From positions 288,756 through 352,755 of the forward strand of contig CAVRCS010000001.1 in NCBI GenBank assembly GCA_963719635.1: a stretch of DNA of 64,000 bases. Direction: 5' to 3'. Positions 39,576-49,369 of this stretch are shown here, piece by piece; the first letter of the stretch is position 1, and every line of letters begins with the position of its first letter. Made by a program: the position numbers and the translations under genes. The stretch comes from an uncultured Thermoplasmata archaeon (GTDB taxonomy: Archaea; Thermoplasmatota; Thermoplasmata; Lutacidiplasmatales; UBA184). The notes below the pieces were generated by a model that saw only the letters and a list, made by a program, of their open reading frames with translations, was not told the DNA's origin and did no database searches.

Positions 39576-40724
39576 ATGCCGAAGCGCGACTACTACGAGG
39601 TCTTGGGCGTCCCGAAGGGGGCGACCGCGGACGAGGTGAAGTCGGCGTACCGCCGCCTCGCCCGTCAGTACCACCCGGATGTCTCCAAGGAGAACCCGAA
39701 GGTCGCCGAGGAGAAGTTCAAGGAGCTCTCCGAGGCGTACGAGGTCTTGGTCGACCCGACGAAGCGCGCCCGGTACGACCAGCTCGGATTCTCCGGTATC
39801 GAGACCGAGTTCGGGCCCGGCGGCTTCACCTGGCAGAACTTCACCCACGCCGGCGACCTCGAGGACCTGTTCGCCTCCTCGCCGCTGTTCCAGCAGCTGT
39901 TCGAGGGGTTCGGGATGCCGTCCGGCGGCCTCGGCGCGCGCGAGCGCGGCCGCGGCTCCGATACCGAGATGACGGTCCGGCTCCCGATCTCCGCGGCGGT
40001 CCACGGAGCCCGACCGACGGTCGAGGTGCCGCGCGCGCGGCCGTGCACCGAATGCGACGGCACGGGCGCGAAGGACGGGACCGCGGTCGAAGTCTGCTCG
40101 ACGTGCGGGGGCCAGGGCCAGGTGCGCCGTGTCCAGAACCGCGGCTACACCCAACTGATCAGCATCGGCGAGTGCCCGCGCTGCCACGGCACCGGCCGTC
40201 GGATCGTCGAGAAGTGCCCCACCTGCAAGGGCGCCGGCACTACGTCCACCGTCGAGAAGCTCGAGCTGGACGTGCCGGCCGGCATCGAGGACGGAGCGGT
40301 GCTCCGCGTCCCCGGCCACGGCAGGGCCGGGCGCGCGGGCGGCCGGCCGGGAGACCTCTACGTGCACGTCGTCTTCGACCCGCCGAGCGCCATCCGACGC
40401 GCGGGCCAGGACGGTTTCTCCGAGACGACGGTCCCGTTGAGCGTCGCGCTGCTCGGCGGCCAGGTGACGGTCCCGACCCTCGACGGCAAGGCCGACCTGC
40501 AGATACCGGCCGGCACGCAACCCGAGACGCAGTTCCGCCTCCGCGGCCACGGGTTCCCCCGGCTGCGCGGCTCGACCCGCGGCGACCTCCTCGTGACCGT
40601 CCATGTGGAGATCCCCCGCGCGCTCTCGGGGAAGGAGCGGGACCGGCTTCGCCTGGCGCTGGGGGAGCCCGAGCCGACGGCCGAGACCCGCCGCGAGTCG
40701 TTCTTCCACCGCCGGTCGAACTGA
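39576..40724 (+). CDS. dnaJ: Chaperone DnaJ (type I, four CxxCxGxG repeats)
   Basis: J domain DYYEVLGV...YHPD, a G/F region, and [32 protein letters not shown]. Confidence 0.9.
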   Translation: MPKRDYYEVLGVPKGATADEVKSAYRRLARQYHPDVSKENPKVAEEKFKELSEAYEVLVDPTKRARYDQLGFSGIETEFGPGGFTWQNFTHAGDLEDLFASSPLFQQLFEGFGMPSGGLGARERGRGSDTEMTVRLPISAAVHGARPTVEVPRARPCTECDGTGAKDGTAVEVCSTCGGQGQVRRVQNRGYTQLISIGECPRCHGTGRRIVEKCPTCKGAGTTSTVEKLELDVPAGIEDGAVLRVPGHGRAGRAGGRPGDLYVHVVFDPPSAIRRAGQDGFSETTVPLSVALLGGQVTVPTLDGKADLQIPAGTQPETQFRLRGHGFPRLRGSTRGDLLVTVHVEIPRALSGKERDRLRLALGEPEPTAETRRESFFHRRSN

Positions 40725-41506
40725 TGCCGCCACGGACCGCCGCCGAGGGCGAGCAGTACTTCGTCGCCCGGCCCCGTGCGCGGTCCCACCGGCGGGCACT
40801 CCGGTTCGTCTATCGAGGGGAGCTGCTGACGTTCCTCGTCGACACCGGGGTCTTCGCCTCCCACGGCCTCGACCCCGGGACGGCGCTGCTGATCGAGAAC
40901 CTCACGGTACGGCCGACCGACCGCGTGCTCGACCTCGGCTGCGGTTGGGGGGCCGTGGGGGTCGCCGCCGCGCGCGCGGCGACGCGCGGGGAGGTCGTGC
41001 TCACCGACGTCAACCACCGGGCGGCGCGCCTCGCCCGCGAGAACATCGCAAGCAACCACGTGCGCAACGCGTCGGTCCGCATCGGGCCGCTCTTCGAGCC
41101 GGTCGGGGAGGAGCGGTACGACGTGATCGCCTCGAACCCGCCGTACCACGCCGGTCGCCCGTTCGTGCTGCAGCTGCTCGGGCAGGCGCCTGCCCACCTC
41201 GCCCCGGGAGGTCGGCTCGTGCTCGTCGGAAAGGGGAGCCAGGGGATCCGGTTCTACCAGGAGTGGCTGGAGACCCACTGGGCCCCCGCGGTCCAGGTCC
41301 TGGCGCGGGCGTCCGGCTACCGCGTTCTCGAGGCGGCGCTCGCGGCCCCGCCGCTCCCCGGACCGGCGGCCACCGTCACTCCGGCCGCCGAAGGGGTTAA
41401 GAACCGAAGGTCGCTCGGCGGCCGCCCTCGAGGTCGTGCGGGCGCGCCCGGGACTACCGGTTCCGGTGGGGCGCCGACGGCCCGAAAGGGTGCCGCATCG
41501 AGGTGA
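40724..41506 (+). CDS. Class I SAM-dependent methyltransferase (RsmC/RlmG-like small-domain type)
   Basis: ATG 40724 overlaps the dnaJ stop by 1 nt. Motifs are VLDLGCGWGAVG (motif I) and IASNPPYHAG (NPPY). The C-terminal 60 aa are low complexity and run up to the S13 start (GTGA overlap). Confidence 0.75.
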   Translation: MPPRTAAEGEQYFVARPRARSHRRALRFVYRGELLTFLVDTGVFASHGLDPGTALLIENLTVRPTDRVLDLGCGWGAVGVAAARAATRGEVVLTDVNHRAARLARENIASNHVRNASVRIGPLFEPVGEERYDVIASNPPYHAGRPFVLQLLGQAPAHLAPGGRLVLVGKGSQGIRFYQEWLETHWAPAVQVLARASGYRVLEAALAAPPLPGPAATVTPAAEGVKNRRSLGGRPRGRAGAPGTTGSGGAPTARKGAASR

Positions 41507-42309
41507 GTCGCACGCCCAAGGAAGCGAAGGAGGCCAAGGAGGAGCCGAAGGCCGCCGGCCCGACCGCCGGCGCCGAAGCTCCTGCCGCGGAGAAGGGCCC
41601 GAAGCGCGACCGCGGGGCGAAGCAGAAGGACGGCAAGGAAGCCAAGGACGGCAAGGAAGGGAAAGACGCGAAGGGCGGCAAGGAGCCGAAGGACGGGAAG
41701 GGGAAGTCGAAAGGCGCCCCGACCGGCAAAGCTCCCAAGTTCGTCCCGACGAACCCGAACTTCCGCTACATCGTCCGCCTCGCCAACTCCGACCTGGACG
41801 GCACGCGGTCCGCCGCCCTCGCCCTGACGAAGGTCAGGGGCGTAGGGCTTCGCCTCGCGGAGGCGACGTGCCGGCTCGCACACATCGACTCGCACGCGAT
41901 GATCGGCGACCTCCCCGAACCGGTCGTCGATTCGCTCGAGACGATGCTCCAGAGCCTGCCGACCCAGGTTCCACACTGGATGGTCAACCGCCCTATCGAC
42001 CCGGTGATGGGGGATTCCCCGCACCTCCTCGGCCCTGAACTGGAGAGTCGGCGGCGGGACGACGTGAACGTGATGAAGATGATCCGCAGCTACCGCGGCG
42101 TTCGCCACGAACGCGGACAGAAGGTCCGCGGGCAGCGCACGCGCTCGAACGGCCGCACCGGCATGGCCGCCGGTGTGCTGAAGAAGGCGGCGAAGGAAGC
42201 CGCCGCGGCCGCCGGTAAGGAGACCGCGCCGTCGGGCGGCAAGGAAGCCGCGCCGGCGGCGGCCGCGCCTGCCGCGACGCCCGCTGCCCCGGCGGCGAAG
42301 AAGGCGTAG
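41503..42309 (+). CDS. rps13: 30S ribosomal protein S13 with Lys-rich N- and C-terminal extensions
   Basis: The S13 core is [16 protein letters not shown]...[27 protein letters not shown]. There is no alternative start codon between GTG 41503 and the core, so about 85 extra N-terminal residues and about 45 extra C-terminal residues are encoded. Confidence 0.85.
   Translation: MSRTPKEAKEAKEEPKAAGPTAGAEAPAAEKGPKRDRGAKQKDGKEAKDGKEGKDAKGGKEPKDGKGKSKGAPTGKAPKFVPTNPNFRYIVRLANSDLDGTRSAALALTKVRGVGLRLAEATCRLAHIDSHAMIGDLPEPVVDSLETMLQSLPTQVPHWMVNRPIDPVMGDSPHLLGPELESRRRDDVNVMKMIRSYRGVRHERGQKVRGQRTRSNGRTGMAAGVLKKAAKEAAAAAGKETAPSGGKEAAPAAAAPAATPAAPAAKKA
41629..41715 (+). repeat. In-frame imperfect 18-nt tandem repeats (DGKEAK-like hexapeptides) inside rps13
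   Basis: The units gacggcaaggaagccaag / gacggcaaggaagggaaa / gacgcgaagggcggcaag / gagccgaaggacgggaag / gggaagtcgaaaggc are read directly from the sequence. Confidence 0.8.
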
Positions 42310-42320
42310 GGGGACGGACG

Positions 42321-42920
42321 ATGGGCGACCCGAAGTTCCTGCGCCGTCAGTACGACACGCCGAAGCACCCGTGGGAGGCGGCTCGGATGGAGGAGGAGCG
42401 AAAGCTCCTCGAGCGCTACGGCCTGAAGAACAAGCGCGAGCTGTGGAAGGCCCAGTCGGTCCTCCGCGGCTTCCGCCGCCAGGCGCGAGAGCTGCAGGCG
42501 CGGCTCCGCGCCGGGGAGCCTCAGGCGCGGCGCGAGACCGACCAGCTGTTGGGCCGGTTGACTCGACTCGGCATCCTCGCGAGCGGCACGCCGACGCTGG
42601 ACGACGTCCTCGCGCTGAACACGGAGGACCTGCTCCGCCGCCGGCTCGAGTGGATCGTCTTCAACAAGGGGCTCGCGCCGACACCGTGGAGCGCGCGCCA
42701 GTGGATCGTCCACGGCCACCTCTCGGTCGGGGACCACCGCGTCCGCCGCCCCGGCACCCTGCTGCCGTTCGCCGAGGAGGCCCGGCTCAACTACACCGTC
42801 TCGAGCCCGCTCGCCGACGAGGGCCACGTGCAGCGCACTTCGTTGCGCGAGCGGCTCGAGCGGCGCAACGCCCCGCCCGCGCCCCCGGCCAGGCCGCCGG
42901 CGGTGGAGGGAGCCCCGTGA
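42321..42920 (+). CDS. rps4: 30S ribosomal protein S4
   Basis: [19 protein letters not shown] start and a C-terminal S4 RNA-binding domain ([17 protein letters not shown]). Confidence 0.9.
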   Translation: MGDPKFLRRQYDTPKHPWEAARMEEERKLLERYGLKNKRELWKAQSVLRGFRRQARELQARLRAGEPQARRETDQLLGRLTRLGILASGTPTLDDVLALNTEDLLRRRLEWIVFNKGLAPTPWSARQWIVHGHLSVGDHRVRRPGTLLPFAEEARLNYTVSSPLADEGHVQRTSLRERLERRNAPPAPPARPPAVEGAP

Positions 42921-43300
42921 CGAAGATCGGCATCGCGCACATCTTCGCGAGCTACAACAACATCCACATCACCGTCACCGACATCACCGGCGCCGAGACG
43001 ATCGCCAAGGCGACCGGCGGAATGGTCGTCAAGGCCGCCCGGGACGAGTCGAGCCCGTACGCCGCGATGAAGGCGGCCGACCTCATCGCGGCGGTCCTCA
43101 AGGAGAAGGGCTACGAGACGATCCACGTGCGCGTCCGCGCCCCGGGCGGCAACCGCTCCCGGTCCCCCGGTCCGGGCGCTCAGGCGGCGATCCGCGCCCT
43201 CGCACGCGCTGGGGTCAAGATCCAGCGGATCGAGGACGTGACGCCGGTCCCGCACGACGGGACGAAGCCGAAGGGCGGCCGTCGCGGGCGGCGGGTGTGA
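42917..43300 (+). CDS. rps11: 30S ribosomal protein S11
   Basis: GTG 42917 overlaps the S4 stop. Motifs are [20 protein letters not shown] and [19 protein letters not shown]. Confidence 0.9.
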   Translation: MTKIGIAHIFASYNNIHITVTDITGAETIAKATGGMVVKAARDESSPYAAMKAADLIAAVLKEKGYETIHVRVRAPGGNRSRSPGPGAQAAIRALARAGVKIQRIEDVTPVPHDGTKPKGGRRGRRV

Positions 43301-43303
43301 GCC

Positions 43304-44149
43304 ATGCCGGTCACGATCGAGCAGCTGACCCCCCGGGGACGACGATCGAGATCGAAGGGATCACGGCGGCGCAGGCGAACGCGATCCGACGGACGCTCGT
43401 CGCCGACGTCCCCAAGCTGGCGATCGAGGACGTCGAGTTCCACCTCGGTCCGATCCGGGACGAGACGTCCGGGAAGGACTACGACTCGTCGACGAGCATG
43501 TTCGACGAGGGGGTGGCGCTCCGCCTCGGCCTTCTCCCTATCCCCACGGACCTCTCCCAGTTCCGCCGCAAGTCCGAGTGCACCTGCGAGGGCGCCGGCT
43601 GCGTCCACTGCCAGGTGATGTACCTCGATCGACCGCAAGGGGCCGTGCACGGTCTACGCGAAGGACGTCGTCCCGCTCGGTGACGCGGGCCTCGCGATAC
43701 TCGAGCCCGAGGTGCCGATCGTCCGGCTCGGCGCCCGCCAGGCGCTGCTGGCGTACGCTACGGCGGTCGTCGGGACCGCGCGCGAGCATGCGAAGTGGCA
43801 GGTTGCGCATGCGGTCGGCATCCACCCGCGCCCGCACGTGCGGATCGCCAAGAAGGAAGGGTGCACGGACGCGTGCCTCAAGCGCACCGCCGCCTCGTGC
43901 CCCGTCGACATCCTCCGCTTCGGGGACGGCAAGCTGAGCGTCACGGAGGAGGTCAAGTGCATCGACTGCCACGCCTGCGAGAAGGCGTGCGAGCACGGGT
44001 CGATCCGGATCGAGCCGGACGCGGAGCGGTTCTTCCTTCGGTTCGAGACGGACGGCTCGCTCTCCGCTCGGGAAGCGCTCCGCTACGCCCTCAAGGACCT
44101 CCGCCGGCGCCTCGAGGAGTTCCGCGAGGCGGTGCAGGCGATCCCGTAG
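43304..44149 (+). CDS. rpoD: DNA-directed RNA polymerase subunit D (Rpo3), two frame shifts (about 43336 and about 43626)
   Basis: [22 protein letters not shown], then the AREHAKWQ region, plus the ferredoxin-like cysteine motifs CPVD and [11 protein letters not shown]. Three ORF frames (43304.., 43297.., 43712..) join across the G-run 43335-43338 and at 43624-43628. Confidence 0.85.
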
Positions 44150-45209
44150 GCGGGCTTGCGCTCGTCCAGTCGTAGCGCAGGATCGCGGCGATATCACCGA
44201 ACCCGGCAAGCCGCCGGCCCGGCGGCTCCTCCGAGCGCACGACGAACACCCTGGCACGGGAGCCGCGCGAGCGGTCCAGGACGGCGACGACCGTCGGGTC
44301 GCCGAGCAGCCGTTCGCCGACGAGCAGCGTCTCGACCGCACCGGCGTCGGTCGCTTCGGCGACCTCGCGCACGCCGACCGCGGCCCGACGCCCGCCGGCG
44401 ACGGCCTGCACGAGCTGCTCGACGACCTGCGCCTCCTCGGCGGCAACGCTCGCCCGGAGGACCTCGCTCGCGCGGCCGGAACGGAGCAGCTCGTCGACGC
44501 CGACCCGACCCCCCTCCGCGGTCGGGTAGACCTTCATCCTCTTCGCCAGCTCGGGCGCCGTCTCGGTGAGGCGACGGGAGAGCGCCTCCTTGAGGAACCC
44601 GGGGCCCGCGACGACGACGGCGCTCGCGGCCCCGGCCTCGCGGACGATCAGCGCGCGTAGCTCCTCGAGGTATGCACTGCGGTCCTTCTCCGCCTGGCCG
44701 CCCTCGAACTGCTTGCCGGCGATGGTCCGGCGCACCTCGGCGACCGGCTCGACGGCCCGCCCGTGGAGCCGCACGATCGACGAGTCGCCCCAGTCGACGG
44801 AGGCGAGGACGATCGCCGGGTCGCCCCGCCGGGCGAGCCCCTCGTCCAGCAGCGCTTGCTCCCCGACGCTGAGCCCCGACTTCTGTACGGTGACATCGGC
44901 GCCCTCGGTGAGGTCGAGCGTGTGATGGCGGCCGATGTCAAACGGCCCCTCCACGATCGGACCGGTGACGCGGACGTGCTGGGAGAAGCCGTGGAACTCC
45001 ACCTGCTCGACCCGGACGACGAGGTAGACCCGTCGGCGGGTCCGCTCCGCGCCGGGGACATCGAGCGGCGCCTCGGGGTCACGCCGCGTCGTCGAGGCGC
45101 CGACCAGTTCTCCCGGCCGGACGAGCCGCGCGATGCGCCACAGGTCGCTCGGCGTCTCGAGCCGAAGGCGCAGGGCGCCGGTCGTCGGGTCGCGGTGAAG
45201 CAGGCGCAC
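44091..45209 (-). CDS. pelA: Pelota (Dom34) mRNA surveillance factor
   Basis: GTG 45209. It has an Sm-like N-domain, an eRF1-like central domain and a C-terminal domain (VAGPGFLKE, LLRSGRASEVL, GGIAAILRY-like end). The tail overlaps the rpoD 3' end by 59 nt. Confidence 0.85.
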   Translation of the reverse strand: MRLLHRDPTTGALRLRLETPSDLWRIARLVRPGELVGASTTRRDPEAPLDVPGAERTRRRVYLVVRVEQVEFHGFSQHVRVTGPIVEGPFDIGRHHTLDLTEGADVTVQKSGLSVGEQALLDEGLARRGDPAIVLASVDWGDSSIVRLHGRAVEPVAEVRRTIAGKQFEGGQAEKDRSAYLEELRALIVREAGAASAVVVAGPGFLKEALSRRLTETAPELAKRMKVYPTAEGGRVGVDELLRSGRASEVLRASVAAEEAQVVEQLVQAVAGGRRAAVGVREVAEATDAGAVETLLVGERLLGDPTVVAVLDRSRGSRARVFVVRSEEPPGRRLAGFGDIAAILRYDWTSASPPTGSPAPPRGTPRGAGGGP

Positions 45210-45285
45210 GCCGAACCCTTCGGGCCCGACGAGCCGGGCCTACAAGCGGGTTTCGACCGGCGGCTCCTCTCGGGAGTCGAGCAGG

Positions 45286-45291
45286 TTTAAT
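45286..45291 (+). promoter_or_regulatory. TATA box for the MFS gene at 45318 (leaderless geometry)
   Basis: TTTAAT, centred about 30 nt upstream of GTG 45318. Confidence 0.4.
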
Positions 45292-45317
45292 GCCGAACAG
45301 CGGCTCGCGGCACCGCC

Positions 45318-46652
45318 GTGGCGAGCGACCAGCTGCCGGGGTATCGCGGCATCCTGCGCCACGACTCGATGAAATCGTTCGTCGTGGCGGGCGCGCTGCA
45401 GTTCGCGGGCCCGGCGACGGCCCTCGTCGTCCTGATCTACACGATCCCGCACGTCTACGCGTCGGCAGGCCACACGGGAGATGGAGCGATCGCGCTCGCC
45501 CTGCTGGGGCTCTCTTCTGCGCTTCCCACCCTCGCGGCCGCGTTCTTCGCAGGCCCGCTGGCGGACCGGCACGACCGTCACGTCCTCCTCCGGGCCGCGA
45601 ACGTCCTCTCGCTGGCCGCGACGGCGGCCCTCGCGGTCGACCTCTATGCGCGGCCTGGCGGAAACCTCTCGTTCCCCGTCGCCCCGCACTTCTACCTGCC
45701 GGTGTGGGTCGCGGCGGCGTACCCGGCCTGGGCGCTCCTCATCTCGTCGGCGACCGTCTTCCGGCCGGCGTACAACGCTTCCGTCCCCCGCCTCGTCCCG
45801 ACGCACGAGCTGGGGCGGACGAACGGGCTCATCTATGCCATCGCGGCGACGGCGAGCGCGTCGGCGTCGCTCGCCGTAGGCCTCGTCCTGACGGTCGGCG
45901 GCGACGTCTACGCCCTGACCGTTCCGTTCGCGCTGTTCCTGGGGACGCAGGTCGTCCTCCTCGGGGTCCACGCCGACCTCAGCGCCCCTCGGCCGCGCCC
46001 GACGCGGCGTATCCTCGCCGACGCGAAGGAAGGGTTCCGCTACCTCTACGGGCGACGGGACCTGTTGCAGCTCACCACCGCGGCGCTTGTGGTGAACTTC
46101 CTGGTCGCGCTCGCGTTCGTCGAGCTCGGCCTGTACGTCCTGGTCTGGCTGCGGCTCGCCTCCGGATTCTGGTACGGCGCGATGGTCGCGGCGTCGACCG
46201 CGGGCTCCGGCCTCGGGATGGTCGCCATCGCCCACGCCCGGTTCGAGGAGCGGGCCGGCCGCATCCTCATTGCCCTCGTGCTCGCGATGGGCCTCGCGGT
46301 CCTCGGCCTCGCGCTGGTACGCTCGATCTGGCTCGCGCTGCCGATCATCTTCGTCTACGGTCTATTCCCGGGGATGATCCAGACCGTGTTCCTCTCGTGC
46401 GTCCAGGCGACGGTGCCGAACGAGCTGATGGGACGCGTCTTCTCCGCGGACGAGGTCGGCAGCTACGCGCTCGTCCCGGCCGGCCAAGCGGCGGGCGGCG
46501 GCCTCACGTACGTGATCGGCGTCCAAGGGACGTACGTTGCCGCCGGCGCGTCGATCGTCCTGCTCGGCGTCGTGATGGCCGCAGGGTTCGGAGCGTTGAA
46601 GTCACTCCGTTTCGTGCCGCACGGGAACGGGGGCGGCACGGCGTCCGATTGA
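45318..46652 (+). CDS. MFS transporter
   Basis: 444-aa ORF with a 12-TM profile. Confidence 0.75.
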   Translation: MASDQLPGYRGILRHDSMKSFVVAGALQFAGPATALVVLIYTIPHVYASAGHTGDGAIALALLGLSSALPTLAAAFFAGPLADRHDRHVLLRAANVLSLAATAALAVDLYARPGGNLSFPVAPHFYLPVWVAAAYPAWALLISSATVFRPAYNASVPRLVPTHELGRTNGLIYAIAATASASASLAVGLVLTVGGDVYALTVPFALFLGTQVVLLGVHADLSAPRPRPTRRILADAKEGFRYLYGRRDLLQLTTAALVVNFLVALAFVELGLYVLVWLRLASGFWYGAMVAASTAGSGLGMVAIAHARFEERAGRILIALVLAMGLAVLGLALVRSIWLALPIIFVYGLFPGMIQTVFLSCVQATVPNELMGRVFSADEVGSYALVPAGQAAGGGLTYVIGVQGTYVAAGASIVLLGVVMAAGFGALKSLRFVPHGNGGGTASD

Positions 46653-46685
46653 CCGGCCGCTCCGGCGACGCCGCCCCCCGACCGC

Positions 46686-47636
46686 CTAGCGGGACGGGGA
46701 CACCGGGATCCGACGGGCGTTGTACCAGCCGCGCGACGGGCCCAGCGAGCGGACGAACCCGATGCGGCGGTACAGCCGTAGGGCCGGCTCGTTCCCCTCG
46801 GTGACGTTCAAAAAGACCCGCCACGCCCCTGCCGTCGCGAGGGCCCGGAGCGACGCGAGCAACACCCGGAGCCCCAGCCCCTCTCCCTGGCGATCCGGGT
46901 CGACCGCGACGTCGGCGAGGAGCACGCCCGCCGCCGTGCGGACGGCGAGCACGGCCGCCACGACCTTTCCGTCCCGCTCGACCAGGCGAGAACCGACCGG
47001 TTCGAACGCCCCCCAGCGGCCGCCGAGGATCTGCGTGACCTCCCGCCGCGCATTCTCGCGGTCGTCTTCGAGCTCGAGGAAGAGGTAGCGGTCGAACCGG
47101 TTCTCATACGCGCGGCGGTGCATCTCGGCGAGGGGCTCGAGGTCGGTGGGGCGGACCTCGCGGACCACCTCCCCGGCGGGCGGCTCGTCCCGGGGCTCGG
47201 GGAGGGCGGCTTCGGGAGGGAGCACCATCTCGCTCCGGGCAAAAGGGAGCAGCCCCAGTCCACCGAGCAGCCGATCCTCCTCCCCCCGCTCGAGTCCGGC
47301 GAGGGGGCCGTTGAGGAATGCGACCGGCCCTGTGACCGTCTCGAGCAGGGTGAGCATCTCAGCGTACCGCTCGGCAACGGTGGGACCGGGCGTGGCGTAG
47401 AGGAACGTCAGCGTCACTCCGAGCGCGCTGTCGGCGCTCCAGCAGGCGAGGCCGGCCGGCTCGCCGTCCCACAGGTGCACCCGGCTCGATCCCGGAGAGC
47501 GCAGGATCCGCTCCTCGACCACCCGGCGCCATCCGTCCCCGAACGGCTCCGCCGTGGCGCGCGCGTCCAGCGCGAGCTCCACCAGGCGGCGCGAGGTCGG
47601 GGCGTCGGGGTCGAAGGGGACCAGTCGGCCGGGCAC
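46686..47636 (-). CDS. Two-domain GNAT-family N-acetyltransferase
   Basis: The C-terminal domain has the acetyl-CoA motif VDPDRQGEGLGLRVLL and NEPALRLYRRIGF. The N-terminal half is a second, degenerate GNAT-like unit. Confidence 0.65.
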   Translation of the reverse strand: MPGRLVPFDPDAPTSRRLVELALDARATAEPFGDGWRRVVEERILRSPGSSRVHLWDGEPAGLACWSADSALGVTLTFLYATPGPTVAERYAEMLTLLETVTGPVAFLNGPLAGLERGEEDRLLGGLGLLPFARSEMVLPPEAALPEPRDEPPAGEVVREVRPTDLEPLAEMHRRAYENRFDRYLFLELEDDRENARREVTQILGGRWGAFEPVGSRLVERDGKVVAAVLAVRTAAGVLLADVAVDPDRQGEGLGLRVLLASLRALATAGAWRVFLNVTEGNEPALRLYRRIGFVRSLGPSRGWYNARRIPVSPSR

Positions 47637-47737
47637 GCGCGGCCACCGCCGAGGCGGTGATAACGCCCCCGCGCCCGTCGGACGCGGCGCAGCGGGTGGC
47701 TTGATACCCGCCAGCGATTCGCCCGCCCCGGGGGGCC

Positions 47738-49369
47738 ATGCGCACCGTCGACGAGCTTGCCCGCACCCTGGGATTGGCGGCGGACGAGGTCGTCCCCGCG
47801 GGGCCCGGCTCGGGGAAGGTCTCCGTTGCCGCGGTCCGGAGCCGGGCTGGCAAAGGCCGCCATGGCAAGCTGATCCTCGTCACCGGGATGACCCCGACGC
47901 GGCACGGCGAGGGAAAGACCGTGACGACGATCGGTCTGGCGGACGGACTGGCCCGCATCGGGGCGAAGCCGGTCGCGTGTCTGCGGCAGCCGTCGCTCGG
48001 GCCGGTGTTCGGCATCAAGGGCGGCGCCACCGGTGGAGGCAAGTCGACCGTCGAGCCGTCGACCGAGATCAACTTCGGCTTCACGGGCGACATCCACTCG
48101 GTCGCCGACGCGCACAACCTGCTCGCCGCCCTCGCCGACAACCACGTCTACCACGGCAACACCCTGGGCCTGGACCCGGCACGGTACCTGTGGAACCGAA
48201 CGCTGGACGTCGAGGACCGTGCCCTGCGCCGGCTGGTCGTCGGCGACGGGCTCCCGAAGCAGGTCGCCTACCGCAGCTCGTTCCTGATCACGGCCGCTTC
48301 GGAAGTGATGGCGATCCTCGCGCTGGCCCGCGACTACGAGGACCTCAAGGCCCGGCTCAACCGGATCCTCGTCGGGTTCGGCCGGGACGACCAACCCGTC
48401 CGCGCCGCCGACCTGCGTGCGGGCGGAGCGATGGCGGCGCTCCTGCGCCACGCCCTCCGCCCCAACCTGGTGCAGACCGCGGAGGGGACGCCGGTCCTCG
48501 TCCACGCCGGTCCTTTCGGCAACGTCGCGCACGGCACCTGCAGCCGGCTGGCGATCGAGCTCGCGCTCGCGACGAGCGACTACGCCGTCGTGGAGGCCGG
48601 CTTCGCGACCGAACTGGGGGCGGAGAAGTTCGTGGACATCGTCACGCCGACCATCGGGGTCGACGTCGACGCGGCGGTGCTGGTCGTGACCCAGCGCGGG
48701 CTGCGCGTCCAGGGAGGGGCGACCGACGAGGAGTCGAGTCGTCCGGCGTTGCCGGCCCTCCAGCGGGGTCTGGAGAACCTGGAAAAGCATCTCGAGAACC
48801 TGGCGACCCTCGGCGCCTCGGCGATCGTGGCGTTCAACCGGTTCCCCGCAGATTCGGAAGAGGAAGCCCAGGCGGTCCGGGAGTTCTGTCGCGGTCACGG
48901 AGTCGAGGCCGTCGACTCCCGGGGCTTCGAATCCGGCGGAGCGGGCACCGAGTCGCTGGCGCGCGCGGTGGAGGCGGCGGCCGGTCTCGGCAAGCGCACG
49001 CGCCCGCTGTATCCTCCGGGGACCCCACCGCTCCGACAGGTCGAGACCGTCGCCACCCGGCTCTACGGCGCCGACGGCGTCGACGAGAAGCCGGACGCGG
49101 TCGAGGGCCGGGGGGTCCTCGAACGGATCGGCGAGATCGACGGTCCGGTGTGCCTGGCGAAGACCCCTCTCTCGCTGTCGGACGATCCCCGGCGACTGAA
49201 CCGGCCCCGCGGGTTCCGCGTGAGCGTCCACCGCTACGCTCGCGCCGCAGGCGCCGGATTCACGGTGGTGCTGCTCGGCACGATCGAGCGGATGCCGGGC
49301 TTGCCCGCCCATCCCGCGGCTGAGGCGATCGACCTCGCCGCCGACGGGTCGATCACCGGTGCTGGCTGA
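47738..49369 (+). CDS. fhs: Formate-tetrahydrofolate ligase
   Basis: TPTRHGEGKTVTTIGL, PSLGPVFGIKGGATGGG and GPFGNVAHG motifs over a full-length 543 aa. Confidence 0.9.
   Translation: MRTVDELARTLGLAADEVVPAGPGSGKVSVAAVRSRAGKGRHGKLILVTGMTPTRHGEGKTVTTIGLADGLARIGAKPVACLRQPSLGPVFGIKGGATGGGKSTVEPSTEINFGFTGDIHSVADAHNLLAALADNHVYHGNTLGLDPARYLWNRTLDVEDRALRRLVVGDGLPKQVAYRSSFLITAASEVMAILALARDYEDLKARLNRILVGFGRDDQPVRAADLRAGGAMAALLRHALRPNLVQTAEGTPVLVHAGPFGNVAHGTCSRLAIELALATSDYAVVEAGFATELGAEKFVDIVTPTIGVDVDAAVLVVTQRGLRVQGGATDEESSRPALPALQRGLENLEKHLENLATLGASAIVAFNRFPADSEEEAQAVREFCRGHGVEAVDSRGFESGGAGTESLARAVEAAAGLGKRTRPLYPPGTPPLRQVETVATRLYGADGVDEKPDAVEGRGVLERIGEIDGPVCLAKTPLSLSDDPRRLNRPRGFRVSVHRYARAAGAGFTVVLLGTIERMPGLPAHPAAEAIDLAADGSITGAG

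Noticed and set aside
38963-41506. An 847-aa plus-strand ORF spans the DUF62, dnaJ and methyltransferase genes.
   Set aside because: Only its last about 260 residues (from ATG 40724) read as a real protein (SAM-binding GCGWG, NPPY). The rest is shadow sequence out of frame with well-supported genes.
41629-41715. A tandem repeat that could be mistaken for a CRISPR-like or minisatellite array.
   Set aside because: The units are 18 nt, contiguous with no spacers, in frame, and encode Lys-rich hexapeptides inside rps13. I saw no other spaced repeat arrays in the window.
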